Below are positions 51,261-63,153 of a stretch of 64,000 bases of DNA, piece by piece. A program made the position numbers and the translations under genes. Numbering within the stretch: the first letter of the stretch is position 1; each line of letters begins with the position of its first letter. The notes under the pieces were generated by a model that worked only from the letters and a program-made list of their open reading frames with translations, searched no databases and was not told the origin of the DNA. Source of the stretch: Psammoneis japonica (taxonomy: Eukaryota). Location of the stretch: positions 124,001-188,000 of the forward strand of contig QPGO01000021.1 in NCBI GenBank assembly GCA_008632985.1. The letters are read 5' to 3'.

Positions 51261-53384
51261 ATGTCAGATTCAAGCATTCACCACGTGTCTATTGGAACTG
51301 ATTATGCTGAAATTGGGAAATTGGCCGACAGCGCCAGGTGCCAAGCAATTGCGCGTTTCAACAACAAGGGTTGTGGATGTTTCATCCAAGGCCGACACGA
51401 AGATGCCATCTTGACATTGTCTCAGGCGCTCTCGTTGTTCAATCCTGCATCAGAAGACGTTCTATATTCTGACACTTGCAATGACGGCAGAATCCCGATT
51501 TCTCGGAATTTGCAGCAGCATCAACTGCAAGAAGAGCAGGACGCTTGTTCATCAACCACCTCTCGCGCAAGACATGGTGCTCACTTTGAGGAAGGCATGC
51601 ACGCATTCACTGATCTAGCTCATATCAATGCCAATGACAGTAGTCGTTTTGATGAGACCGCTTACAAAGCCATCGTAATGTACAATCTCGGTCAAATTCA
51701 TATTCACAAGAATGAATTCAGGGTCGCCCTCCCCTGTTTTGAAAGAGCACTTAGTGTTGCTGAGGATACCACGGCACTGCAACGGAGACCCTTAGTAAAC
51801 AACATCTCCTTATACCACAATATTGGATACTGCTACTTTCGACTCGGGAGGTATCGTGAAGCTCGGGAATGCTATCATGCTTCTATGACGAGCGCCAACA
51901 GCGAGCTCGAAGTTCCTGGGGTCATGTTGGCTCACACCTTGAACTGCATGGCCGTCATCAACTTCTACTGTTCAAGAACAACCTTTACGGATAGTATCCG
52001 TATGTTATCTTCGTCCCTTGCGATCCTTCGTCGAGCATTGGGATCCAACAACACCGCTGTTGCTACGGTGCTCTTCAACATGGGACGCCTTCACTTTGTG
52101 CACGCAAAGCATGACACAGCATTAAATCTATTCAAGGTGACGATGAAGATTCGTATGCAGTTTCTGGGGAAAGAAAATCGTGACGTGTTAATCATAATTT
52201 ACAACATTGGGCAAATTTACCATCAGCAGGGGAGGTTGAAGGATGCGATGGAGTACTACGAGAGCTTTCTTCAAATCGCCCGAGAACACTTTGGGGGTGC
52301 TTATCGAGGGGTGGCGAATGTTTTGATGCTTATGGCAAGAATCTACCGGGAACAAGGAAATCTTGGTAAGGCTCTGAATGTCCTCGAGGAGTCTCTGTCA
52401 TGCGCAAGACAGAAAATGGGTGAAGCAGACCCTGACTTCGCCGCTATTCTCAACGAAATCGGCACGGTGGAATACCTGAACAAAAACCTTGGAAAGGCGC
52501 TAATGTATTATCAACAAGCTCTTGATACAGAGCTTCGATCTCTGCCTGCAAACCATGACAATGTTTTAGTGACGCTTGGAAACATTGCGTACGTTTACCG
52601 TGAAGAGCGAAAACCGAAGGAAGCCATGGAAGTACAAAGAAAGCTTTTCGAAACCAAGCTCAAGAAATATGGTCGGGATAGCTTAGAATTAGCCTGCACA
52701 TTGATGATGATAGCTGATATTTGTATGGACGTGAAGAACTTCAGCCAGGCATTCGAAATGTGTCGAGAAGCACTGCGAATTCGACGGCTTCACTTTGGTA
52801 CAAAAAGCATGGCGGTCGTGTCGAGCCTCAGGTGCTTGGCTCTGATATTTTTCCACCAAGGCTTGCACAACGAGGCGATTGAAGCCCTTGAGGATGCATT
52901 GCGGATAAGTATCGACTTGCTGGGACACGAGCATCTCGATGTGTGTGTGCTGTGGTATCACATTGGCATCGTGTACCGAGAGATGGGAATGGATAGCTGG
53001 GCAATAAAATGCTACAATGAAACTCTGAGAATACAACGCATAACAACGGAAAGCAAAAAAGATGATGTGGCAGCAACACTCTATAGTTTGGGAGCAGCAC
53101 ACCACAGATGCGGTGAATACCGTCAGGCGATTCGTGTCTTGGAATCTGCGATAAGCAACACCAGAGAGGTTCACGGCTCAAAGAGAGTTGACATTGCAAA
53201 AAACCTGCAAGCGATTGGCAACATGCATTTGCGGCTGGGACGAACTTCAAAGTTTATGGATTGTATGTCTGAATCTTTACGAATCTATCAAACTATTGGA
53301 GAAACGGATGACATAGATGTCTCCGGTGCGTATGTAATGTGTTGGTTGGCAAAGTGCTATCCGGAATGCGCAGGATCTGCATAG
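51261..53384 (+). CDS. TPR-repeat protein, paralogue of the divergent neighbour
   Basis: Intronless ORF of about 707 aa. Shares NN.G, EEGMH.F, MYNLGQ, HNIG.C..RLGRY, FM.CMSE.LR and PECA motifs with 48227-50437. Confidence 0.9.
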   Translation: MSDSSIHHVSIGTDYAEIGKLADSARCQAIARFNNKGCGCFIQGRHEDAILTLSQALSLFNPASEDVLYSDTCNDGRIPISRNLQQHQLQEEQDACSSTTSRARHGAHFEEGMHAFTDLAHINANDSSRFDETAYKAIVMYNLGQIHIHKNEFRVALPCFERALSVAEDTTALQRRPLVNNISLYHNIGYCYFRLGRYREARECYHASMTSANSELEVPGVMLAHTLNCMAVINFYCSRTTFTDSIRMLSSSLAILRRALGSNNTAVATVLFNMGRLHFVHAKHDTALNLFKVTMKIRMQFLGKENRDVLIIIYNIGQIYHQQGRLKDAMEYYESFLQIAREHFGGAYRGVANVLMLMARIYREQGNLGKALNVLEESLSCARQKMGEADPDFAAILNEIGTVEYLNKNLGKALMYYQQALDTELRSLPANHDNVLVTLGNIAYVYREERKPKEAMEVQRKLFETKLKKYGRDSLELACTLMMIADICMDVKNFSQAFEMCREALRIRRLHFGTKSMAVVSSLRCLALIFFHQGLHNEAIEALEDALRISIDLLGHEHLDVCVLWYHIGIVYREMGMDSWAIKCYNETLRIQRITTESKKDDVAATLYSLGAAHHRCGEYRQAIRVLESAISNTREVHGSKRVDIAKNLQAIGNMHLRLGRTSKFMDCMSESLRIYQTIGETDDIDVSGAYVMCWLAKCYPECAGSA

Positions 53385-56300
53385 AGCTACACAGGTAGAG
53401 TAATGCTATAGGAGGCAGTTTACAAAGTTGCGATAAAGTACAGGGAACTCCAGGAGCATTGAAAATGTTTTGGAGGATGCTGTGGGCTCAAAGGGACAAG
53501 AGCACAAAGCCGGTGGCGTCTGTCGACAATGCTTCCTTGATTGTTTGACAAATGCAAAGCCCAAATGTGCTGGATCAGCACAGGCAAGTCCACAAGTTCT
53601 GAAATTAGAGTGTTGCCACTCTATGAGGTGTTGGAAAGCCTTTTGCAAGCTTTGGCTGTCATGGAGAAACCACGAAAGCTCTGGAAGCTGTGGACTGCTG
53701 GTGTGGGGATGAGATCTGATGGCAATTGTGCACTGCCATGCCTCTGCAGATCTGAGAGCAAGTGAGATGGGGCCCTCTCCCCTCACTGCAGGCCAGAGCT
53801 GAAAATGAGAACAAGTCAGTTGTCTTTTCAACAAGAGCAAGCGGTGCCTTCCTGTGTGACTCCATTCCTGCAAAAGGATGAGCAGGAGTGGAAGCACAAG
53901 AGCATGAGCATCATCAGAGTCTGTGACTCACCTTGAGGGCACAACTTTGCAATCTGCGGTTTGCACTGAGGGTTTTCCCAGCTGGGCTGAAATGGCAGGA
54001 ATGATTGGGTGATGAAAGCTGTCCAACAAATGCTGCAATGACAAATCAATGGGGAGTTTGGGAACAAATTTTTGCTCCTTGCCATTTACAGGCACAACCA
54101 AGGGTTGGCACAATTGCCAGAAACTGTGGTGTCACACACTGCAGTCAACAACAGCTGCAGTTGCAGGCACTGACCAAACAATTTCAGTTGCAAATGGGGG
54201 CCAATTTGCAAAATGGACTTTGCAGCAGTTCTGTGACTGCCTCCCTCCCACACACTCCACACTTGTCTTTGCCACTCTCTGTTGCAACTCAAGAGTGCTG
54301 TGCTTTTGTTTCATCACCTCATTTGTTTTCCATTTTGCAGTTGTCCAGCAATTGCTCACACAGATTCTCTTGAGCAATGCACCATGACTCCTCTGCTTTC
54401 ACTTGATTTGTTGTTTTTGGCGAACGCTGTTTTTTCCATGTCATTTTTTCTTGCTGACTTTCCCCCATTTTGGCACACAGTTTTGCATGCAAAACTTGTC
54501 AAAAACAACAATGAAACAAAGACAGCAAAAACAACACACTGTTGCTGTGCAAGATCTGTCTCCCTGGAGTTGACTGGGGCAGACAGGAGCCCACATTGCT
54601 TTCAAGGCACACTGAGACATTCTCTGGCACAGCTCCACCCAATGTCACATTGCTGTTGGCCCTGGTTTGATGACTTGACTGTGCTTTTGTTTCTGACAAC
54701 ACAAGAAGCACAGTTGACATGGCTTGTGGTGTGCAGTGGGCATGTGGGTGGGGAATGACAGGGGGCCATCAATGAGCCAATTAGAAATCCCTTTCATCAG
54801 GCAAAGCTTGATTTGTCAAGAGTGGTCATCCTTGGCTCAAGAAATTTCTCAAGATCTGCATCCACATGGGATTTCTTGTCCTTTGCAGCCGCACTTGTTG
54901 CAAGTTACTCTCTTTTCCTGCTGCAGAGCTCAGACTGAGGTTTTGGCTTGACAGATCTCCACATTGCTTGGTTTGCAATCCCACCAACAAATTCTGCTGT
55001 GCAACAGCTCTCAACTCTGCTGGAGCCTTTCTCTTTTCAATTCAATGACTGTTTTGAAGGAGGAAGTGCACGCAGCTTGCAAGCCCCCACCCCATGGTGG
55101 AAAAAAAGAAGATGCCACATCTGGGCTCAAAGCCTGCAACTCAACACCACAAAGCTGACAACAGTTGCCTTGTGACTCCCAAATGATGAGGCAGGGGCAA
55201 AGGCTTCCTGGCTGGTGAAAGCAGCAGCAGAAACATGAGAAAGCCCAGGAAAATGCCAATGAGTTGTGGAAAGAGCTTGAGAGTCAGACATGGCAGCTGA
55301 CTTGAGTTCAAAAACAGTGACACCAGATGAGTTGGCCAAGTTTTGCATCATGAGGCATGGTGCAAGAGCATTGTGAGTGCAGTTTGTTGCAGCACAACTT
55401 CCAATGTCCTTTTTGAAAAAGCAACACAAGTTGACTCCACATGATGACAAAGACTGTCAGATGGCATTGGCATTGTTGAAAGGATTGGAAACAGTTCAAT
55501 GGAAAGTCTCTCCAATTCTCATGGTGGGCACACATGACAGTGTTTTGAGGGATGGTGCACACATGTGGCAATGAATCCCACCAGGTTGCAACAGTTGCAA
55601 CATGCAACACCATGCAACAGGGCACGACAATTTTTTTTTTTTTTGAAAAGGTCCAAGAGCCTGACCAACTGATCTGCAAGCAACCTTTCTTGCTGCTCAC
55701 ACTGCATGTCCACAACAGCTGGCAGAGAAGGAACAAGAGATGATGAAAAAATGGGTGGCTGAATCACACAGAAGCTTGCACTTTCTGCACCTGACTCTGT
55801 TGTTGAGAACTTGAGTTTGCTGGCCAGAAGCACCACCATCAAATGCACAAATCTCTTGAAGAGCTTTTCTCTCAAAGTGTGTGAGAAAACCTTGACTGCA
55901 CATGGGTTGTTTCAAAATGTCCAACAGGGAAGTGAAGACCAAATGATTGCATCCAACTGGGAAGCACAGGCCACATGTGCCAATCTTGCAAACAGCAAGG
56001 TGCAGCTGTCAAGTCAAATGATCCACATCCATCATTTGAGATGGAGGCATTGTGAAGATGCCATTGTCAGATGCACAACCAGCACTTCACTCAAAAACAT
56101 TGCACCCAGGGAGTTGAACCATGCAGGTTGGGAAAAGACTGTTGCAATTGCTGGTGGGAATGGAGCATTGTAAAATCTGCTGGAGTGGCAGGAACTGGTC
56201 TGATGGTGCAAATGCAATGATGTCTTCAGTGGTCAGAGCAATGTTGCAAGCTCGCAAGCTTGCACCCTCTCCTTGGGTGTTGAACATGGTGCAGAAAGAG

Positions 56301-57099
56301 TCTGGATTGCTTGTGCTCCATCAGACCAAGGAAAGAGTGCTGCAGCTCACTTTGCAATCCACAGAAAGCACAACTTGGCTCTGGAATGATCTCTCATGAT
56401 GATTGCCACAACCACGCAGAATTTCCCAGGGACTTTGCCAATGACTGTGCTTGAATTGTGCAGCATTGGAGCAGTGCATGTCAACAGCACTCTGTGAAGT
56501 GCCAGCAGTGTCTGAAAACAAAGAGGGGGGGGGGTGCCAAATTGAGTGCCACAGCAGTCAATGTGGTGAGGAAGAGTGTTTGCATTGCTGCTCACACAGC
56601 AACTGTGGGCTGCAGGCCAATGAAGATGCCAAAAGCTCGCAAACATGAGATTCTCAAAATGGATGCTTTCAGGGGGGAAGCTCATCCAGTTCTCATCATT
56701 GACAAGTTTCACTGCAACACTGATGAAAACGCTGTTTTTGCACAAACTTTGATTGGGCATGTTGGCCACAGAAGTGGTTGACTTCCTTGTGACACATCAC
56801 AAAAACTGGGCAACACAATTGGTTCTACATGGACAACAAGGGATGCACTGGACACAGATGTTTTGAAAAAGCCCCATGATGGAATGGCTTGCAACGGAAA
56901 GTGGAGGAGTTGTGTGGCTGAGTTTGCTCAGCCTTTGTGTGAGAAATGCAACATCAAGCTAGAAGATGTCACCCTGAACAATTCACAATTTGCCCCTGCT
57001 GGTGAGGTGCAGGAAATCACAATGGATTCACTTTTGAAGCAGCACCACAGCTGTCTTGAGATGGATGGCCATCCAGAAAAGGGTCCAAACTGGCATGCA

Positions 57100-60000
57100 T
57101 TGTTGTGAAAATTGCTGTGTTGAAACCAGTGTCCTTTTCCTGATTCCAAGTGGGCTTGAGGTCATTTTCAATGGAGTGCAGCCAGGAATCTTCTTAACAG
57201 AATGATCCAAGTGGCACGCAGTGTTCAAATTTTCTTTTCAACAAACTCACAAGAAGCACCCCTGGCAGGACCATCAGCAACAAATCACTCAGTGGTGCAA
57301 CAACTGGAGCTGGCACTCCATTTAAAATTGTGTGCAACTCAGCAGCAGATGGAGCATCCAAACCATGATTTTGTAAGACACATTAAATGCAGCTGTGGCA
57401 ATTGATGGCAACCAAGTCACTGTTCTTGTCAACATCCGCTCCACCAAATTCAGTGCACACCCAAGACCCTTGAATGAAGGTGAGTCCTCATTCTTCATCT
57501 GTGGTGACTTGCCAACATGATTGCAAGTTGCGACAGCAGTGTCCTCCAACAGGCAGGAAACCAAAGAAAAACCATTGACTTGTCACAGCATCAGAACCCT
57601 GCAACCCTTGTGAGCATCAGAGCAAGAACACTTGTCACTGTTGGTGCTGCTGGCAGTGCAAAAGAGAAGCTTGTCATCAGCCAAAATGGAGTTGACAAGT
57701 TTCTTCCATGGAATGTCAGCCTCAGGATGCTGGCCTTGGAGTGCATGTCTCAATGGCGACACACAACAGCACAGGATTTTCTTGCCAAAAAACAGCTTTC
57801 AACTTGTGATGTGCAGAGATCACCAGCGGCAACAAAGAAGAGGCAAGACAGACATGCTGATGAGTGTCACAAGCACTGCAATGCCATGACAGAAACAACA
57901 TGGCTTGCTGGCACCAAGTGCACAGAACAAGTTTTGGATTAATTTGTGAACACAAGATGAGCACACAGAGGTCAACTTGTGGACAAGGCTGGCAAAGCAG
58001 CCTGAGAACCAAACGACTCTACATTGTCCAAGACCAGTGTTCTCTGTCAGGTTTCACTGAACAACCCTGATGTGGGGTCTCTTGGCTGTTGCGCCAGGAG
58101 GGCCGCATGACTGGCAGGGACCACAAATGCCACAAGCACATGAAGCTGATAAAACTCACAGTGTTTGCCTTGTTCCCACTCTGGCCATGTGACCAGTTTC
58201 TGAAGCTTTGGATGAGCAAGATGATCAACAATTGCTCCTTCCTTCTCCTTGGCAATTGCCACAGAAGAGCTGATTGCATTGTGGTTGTGTGCACAAAAGT
58301 TGTTTGCAGGAACAGCTGGCTCCAAAAAACATCCTTGGGATGGATGAGACAGCAGCAGCCCAGCAAACATCCTTGAGAGGAATGAGCACTGAAGGGACAT
58401 GAGCATCTCTGCCACTGCATCTGGTTGAAACAACTCACTTTCTTCAGGTGCACTTGAGTTGCCAGGAGTCCAGCCAGGTGCTGCACCCTGGCAAAAAGCA
58501 ATCTGAAAAGTTGGCTTCTTGTCACAGAAGACTGACAAAGCTGATCTTCTGCATCAGGCAGTGAAAACATCTCTTGTTTTGCAATGGACACCATTGCAGG
58601 CACTCGCCATCTTGTTTTGCACAGCCTTGAGGGATGAAAGCAAGTGAGAAGCTGTGCTGCCTTTCTTGATCCACAATGCATGGATGCAATCCTGAGGCAC
58701 ACACTGCAAAAATCTAAGGCCACCACAGGTCAAATCCTTGGGGGCACACTTCATTGCACAAATGACTGTGTGCTGTGTGCAGTGTCCAGTGTGCACAAAT
58801 GGGCTGACAGAGCAGACATGAAAGCTGGTGGGCTGTCTCAGACATCTCAACAAAGTTGCAAATGTGCAACACATTCCACAAAGGAAACACATCCACAGAC
58901 ACTTCTTCATTCATGCCTTCATCAAAATGAATGTGTTTGGTTGTCTTAATTTGTTTGGTCGCAGGATCACATCAAAGAAGATTCTTCATGGCAACAGGCA
59001 AAAATCCAAGGAATGTGCACCCTCCCAAGTTCCAAGAGCCAGTCTTGAGCATTGCAGATTTGCAGGATGTCTTGTTGGTGTGCAAACCCTCACTTGGCAA
59101 CCAAATGTCTGCAGAGCACTGAAATCTTTTGCCTTTTCAGTGGCAATGGCAGCTGTGGCAGAGTCTTGGTCCTTCATTGGAGTGGCATCCTCAATCTGCA
59201 GGCAGTGAGAGAGAAGGCATGTGGTCAGAATCAAATTGTAAAAATGGCTTTAATCAACATTGCTCCAACTGCATTTTCCACCATGAGAAGTGAGCACTCC
59301 ACAGGCCCTCCACATCTGCATGGGTGCACTGGCACCAGAGGAACAGATGCAACCCTGGAAGTCTTTGCTGAAGAGCTCATGATGGCAATTTGGTGAATGT
59401 CTGTCCAAAAATTGGCAAAGCCACTTCAAAGGGCTGGCCTTGTTGCAGACACAAGCAACACCATGAAGCACAAGCAAGTGGCAATCACAAACTGCAATCT
59501 AACATGCTTTGCCATTGAAGCCAACACACAGTCAGAGAGGTGTGGCTCTCATCCTTGGCAGTCTGTCCAGCAAAAGCAAAATGAACAGCAAGACCATGGC
59601 AGGCCTGAGCAGGCATTTGAGCAGAGTGGGGTCCTGCTGGAGTCTCGGACCTGTTTGGCTTGAATGTCAGGCAAACATCACAAGAGCTGGACTTTCATGG
59701 CCAAACTTGAGAACTCCCTTGACGTGCTTGTGTGCATGACACAAACAGGGGCAACCAAGCCATTGACTCCAAAGGAAATGTTCAGCTTCAACTTTTAGAG
59801 AACCCACAGGTGTTTCATCAAGAGCATTGTCAAGAGAGAAACAAGCACCAGAGACTTGAAGGGGCAGTGGAAACAAATCAACATCAAGACAGGTGAGCAC
59901 AGTTTGGTCTCATTGAACATGGATGCAGAGTGCTGCTTCTTGTTGATGTGCTTTTCCTTGATGTCACCATCATGTTGCCATGAACATGTCAAACATGTCA

Positions 60001-60480
60001 AGATGGTCAGCAGCAAAGTCAAAGGGCAGAGGCATCAAAGCATCTGGTGTGGAAACTTTGCCATGGCAAAGAATGCCATGGTCAACCACACAGGTGAGTC
60101 ACCAGTGGTGGGGTGCCACTGTGAGCTGTGTGGGACTTCTGAATGACTTCTGAGTGCACATCTTCAGGTTGAATTCCAGATGCCCACACATGAAGCCTCA
60201 CTCATCAATCAAGGCAGTTTCAAGAGTGTGGCATGATGGAAGGTGCAAAGTTGCCACAGGCACACACAAGCAGCCAACACCATGTTGGATGGTGTCCAAG
60301 CTTTCCACAGCCACTGGCATCTTGACAGGACAAGGATTGTCTGGTCCAAAGGGAGTGCAGTCTTGTGAACAAGATTTGGGTGGTCCATGCAAGATGCCTG
60401 TGCTTTTGCATCAATCTGAGCACAATGAAGAAATTGTTGCATGGCAAAGGATGTGGTTGACAGGCACAACTGGAGTGTCC
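57100..60480 (-). mobile_element. Degenerate Ty1/copia (CoDi-like) LTR retrotransposon pol relic; gag probably upstream to about 62.5 kb
   Basis: Copia domain order on the minus strand: protease AQIDAKAQASC (~60420), pre-integrase LWSQWLGCP..HAHKHVKGV, integrase KASPLKWL, LQTFGCQV..TFLGFLP..CDP..HFDEGMN, and RT KLVTWPEWEQG, VCSSCV, HALQGQHPE and L*QVNG (RQVDD equivalent, 57571-57585). Confidence 0.85.
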
Positions 60481-61238
60481 AAAGTGTCAAATGCAGAGCA
60501 TGGGTCAGGTGCAGAATGAGTTGGTGAGATGTGGACCATGCCACAGATTCTGGGGAGTGCCACTCTGTCCATGTGTTCAAAATCAGCAAGTGCACCATTG
60601 AATGGCAGATCTTGCTTGTCTGCTGCCTGTGGCATCTTGTGTTCAGCATCTTCCCTCTGCTGATTCACACTCACAGGGTCATCATAAGCCACCAGGGTCT
60701 TGATGCCCAGGGCTTCCACTTGGGAACAATGCCAGCAAGCAAAGTGACAAGAAAGAGGCTGATCAGCAGAAGGTGACAAGTCTGCAAGACCCTCTTTCAC
60801 AGTTGCCCCAGATGTCAGTCTATTTGACACGGGAGAAAAGTTGGCAGCCTTGTGTTGACTGTGTTGAAGAAGCTGGCTGAAACAAATGGGGTGGGAGTGA
60901 GACAGCAGCTGCTGGCATTGTTGAGAATGGGACAATCTGCAAAACAGTGGTCACCTTGAGATGATGAACACAGAGGTTCTTCTGAGCTCTGTGAATTGTT
61001 TGTGATTCACATTCTTGAGGAATGCCATCAGCAGCAATTTTGCTCACAGGACTTTCAACAGCACCTTTTGCATGCTCAACAGAAGGAGATGCTTCTTCAA
61101 CTTCAGGAGGGCTTGGCAATGCTGTCAGTGGACAGGGATTCCATGATGCCACAAAGTGGTGCCAACAAAGGAGGTTTCTGCCTTTGACAACAAGCCAGAG
61201 GGCCAAGACTGTGCTGTGGATGCTCAGGAGCAGCAGTC

Positions 61239-61276
<38 letters not shown>

Positions 61277-61277
61277 C
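61239..61277. repeat. (GA)n microsatellite
   Basis: Seen directly in the sequence. Confidence 0.9.
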
Positions 61278-63153
61278 AAGGATGCCGCTGATTTCTTGAG
61301 GGGCATGGGGTGAGAGTGGTCTCAGCAAATTTTTGTGGAGGTGAGCTGATGTTGACTGTGCTTGTCCTCACATGCATCTGCTGCTTCATGATGAAGGCAT
61401 TGGGCACACTTTGCACTGCTGATGACAAAGATGTCAAGCTCACCAGGATCATCTGGAAAAGAAGAATTGCCCTTGCAATGCCACCTGCGTGCAGCTGCAT
61501 GAAATCCATGTGAGAGGGTGTGGCAGCCCAGAATTGTGAGATGATCATTTTGACATCACAGAGGGCTTCATCCAAATGGGGAGGATGTCAAATGGTGTTG
61601 TCTTGAGGGCAGAGCACACCCACCCCTGCAGTGCTGATGAACAACATCAGGGTGCTCAGAGAGTTGCTTGGGAAGATTCCAACCTTCTGAGTGTGCTGAA
61701 AAATGTTCAGCTTCATCTGAGCAAAAGGGGCACACATGCAAAGAAGGGCAAACCATCATCTGGATCATTGCCACACATGAACCCCCAACATCCTCCAGCA
61801 TCTTTTGTGAAACACCAAGTGGGGTGCACACATGTGTCACATGACACAATGTGCTGTCACAAGTCAAACAATCTTGCAGAAAGGCTTTGGCACCTCACTC
61901 AGCACAATCAACAAAGAGGGAGCCATCACTGAATGTGAGATGCTCAGGCCCATCTTGGCAATGCAAGTTGCCAGAGTTGTGGGGGACAAGAGTTGTGGGA
62001 GACAAGAGAGTTTCTCAAAACTGCCTTTCCATTTTCCTTGCACTCATGTCAGGCCAAAACATTTGCTGCAGTCCTTTGGGATTGAACACACACAGCATGG
62101 CAGATGACACTGATGACAAAGTGGAGGCCTTGGAGGGTTGAGCACTGTTCTTTCAATGCCTTGGTCATCATGCATTTAAACTCTTCATCAGAGTCTGGCA
62201 GATGAGCAATTGAAGCCTTGGCAGAGTCCTCAGGATTGTGAGACCTGTGGAAGTGTCTCACAGCAGCAAAGCACATGGAGAGGAAAGATGGCTGTCTGTG
62301 GGAAAGGGGCATCAGAAATGACATCTTGTTTGTCACAACATTGAAAAACAGGGCAAAAATGGAGACAGAAGGTCTGAACATGCATTGTCATGGCAACCTG
62401 ATCCTGTGGCACAACTTGCATCACAGCATTGCAAAGATTGGCATGGTTCAAACAAATCAAAGAGTTTTGAGGGGAACTCTCACATTCAGGAGCTTCATCC
62501 ATGATTGGTCCAACCTGCACAAGGTCATCAGCAAGCATTGCTCAAGGGACAAGGAGATCCTGCTGAATGACCTCATGATGGATGCATGCAACAGCTTCAC
62601 TCTTGAGATCTGGGGGCACAAATTCATTGACAAAGATCTTGGGAGCAGGCACCTCATCCAGACATGGGACATTCAGGTGACAGTGGGCATTGGGCAAGTG
62701 ACCATGCTGGTTGAATTAACCAGAGTCAACTTGATCTTGGTCGACCTGGTTGCGTGGGAAAAAAATCAATTTCCTGCGCAGAGCTCTGACATGCATCATA
62801 GAGTGCGATGGTCGTGCTGATCACAAATCAAGTGAGAAAAACAGCTGTGACATTGACGACGATTCATCAGAGAATCGCAGCCAACACACTCAAAAGACAT
62901 CGAAATGTGCTTGTCAAGAGGAAAGGTGACAGCACACTGCTGCTCATGACCCAACGAACTGCTGGCATCGGGACGATCTAACAACCTCAATTGGGACAAT
63001 GGTGCTCGTGCACTGGATCTGAGAGAAAGCAAGACAGAGAGATCATCGGATCTCTCCAACCCATCTACGCTGGTGTGTCTGTCAAGAGAGAGTGCACTCT
63101 CCAAGTCGGATGTCTGCCAGGATGAGATGGACATGGACAGGATTTCCCAAGGT

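Noticed and set aside
53450..57100. Possible further TE or gene relic downstream of the copia RT, including LTRs
   Set aside because: No motif or LTR pair could be recognised with confidence.
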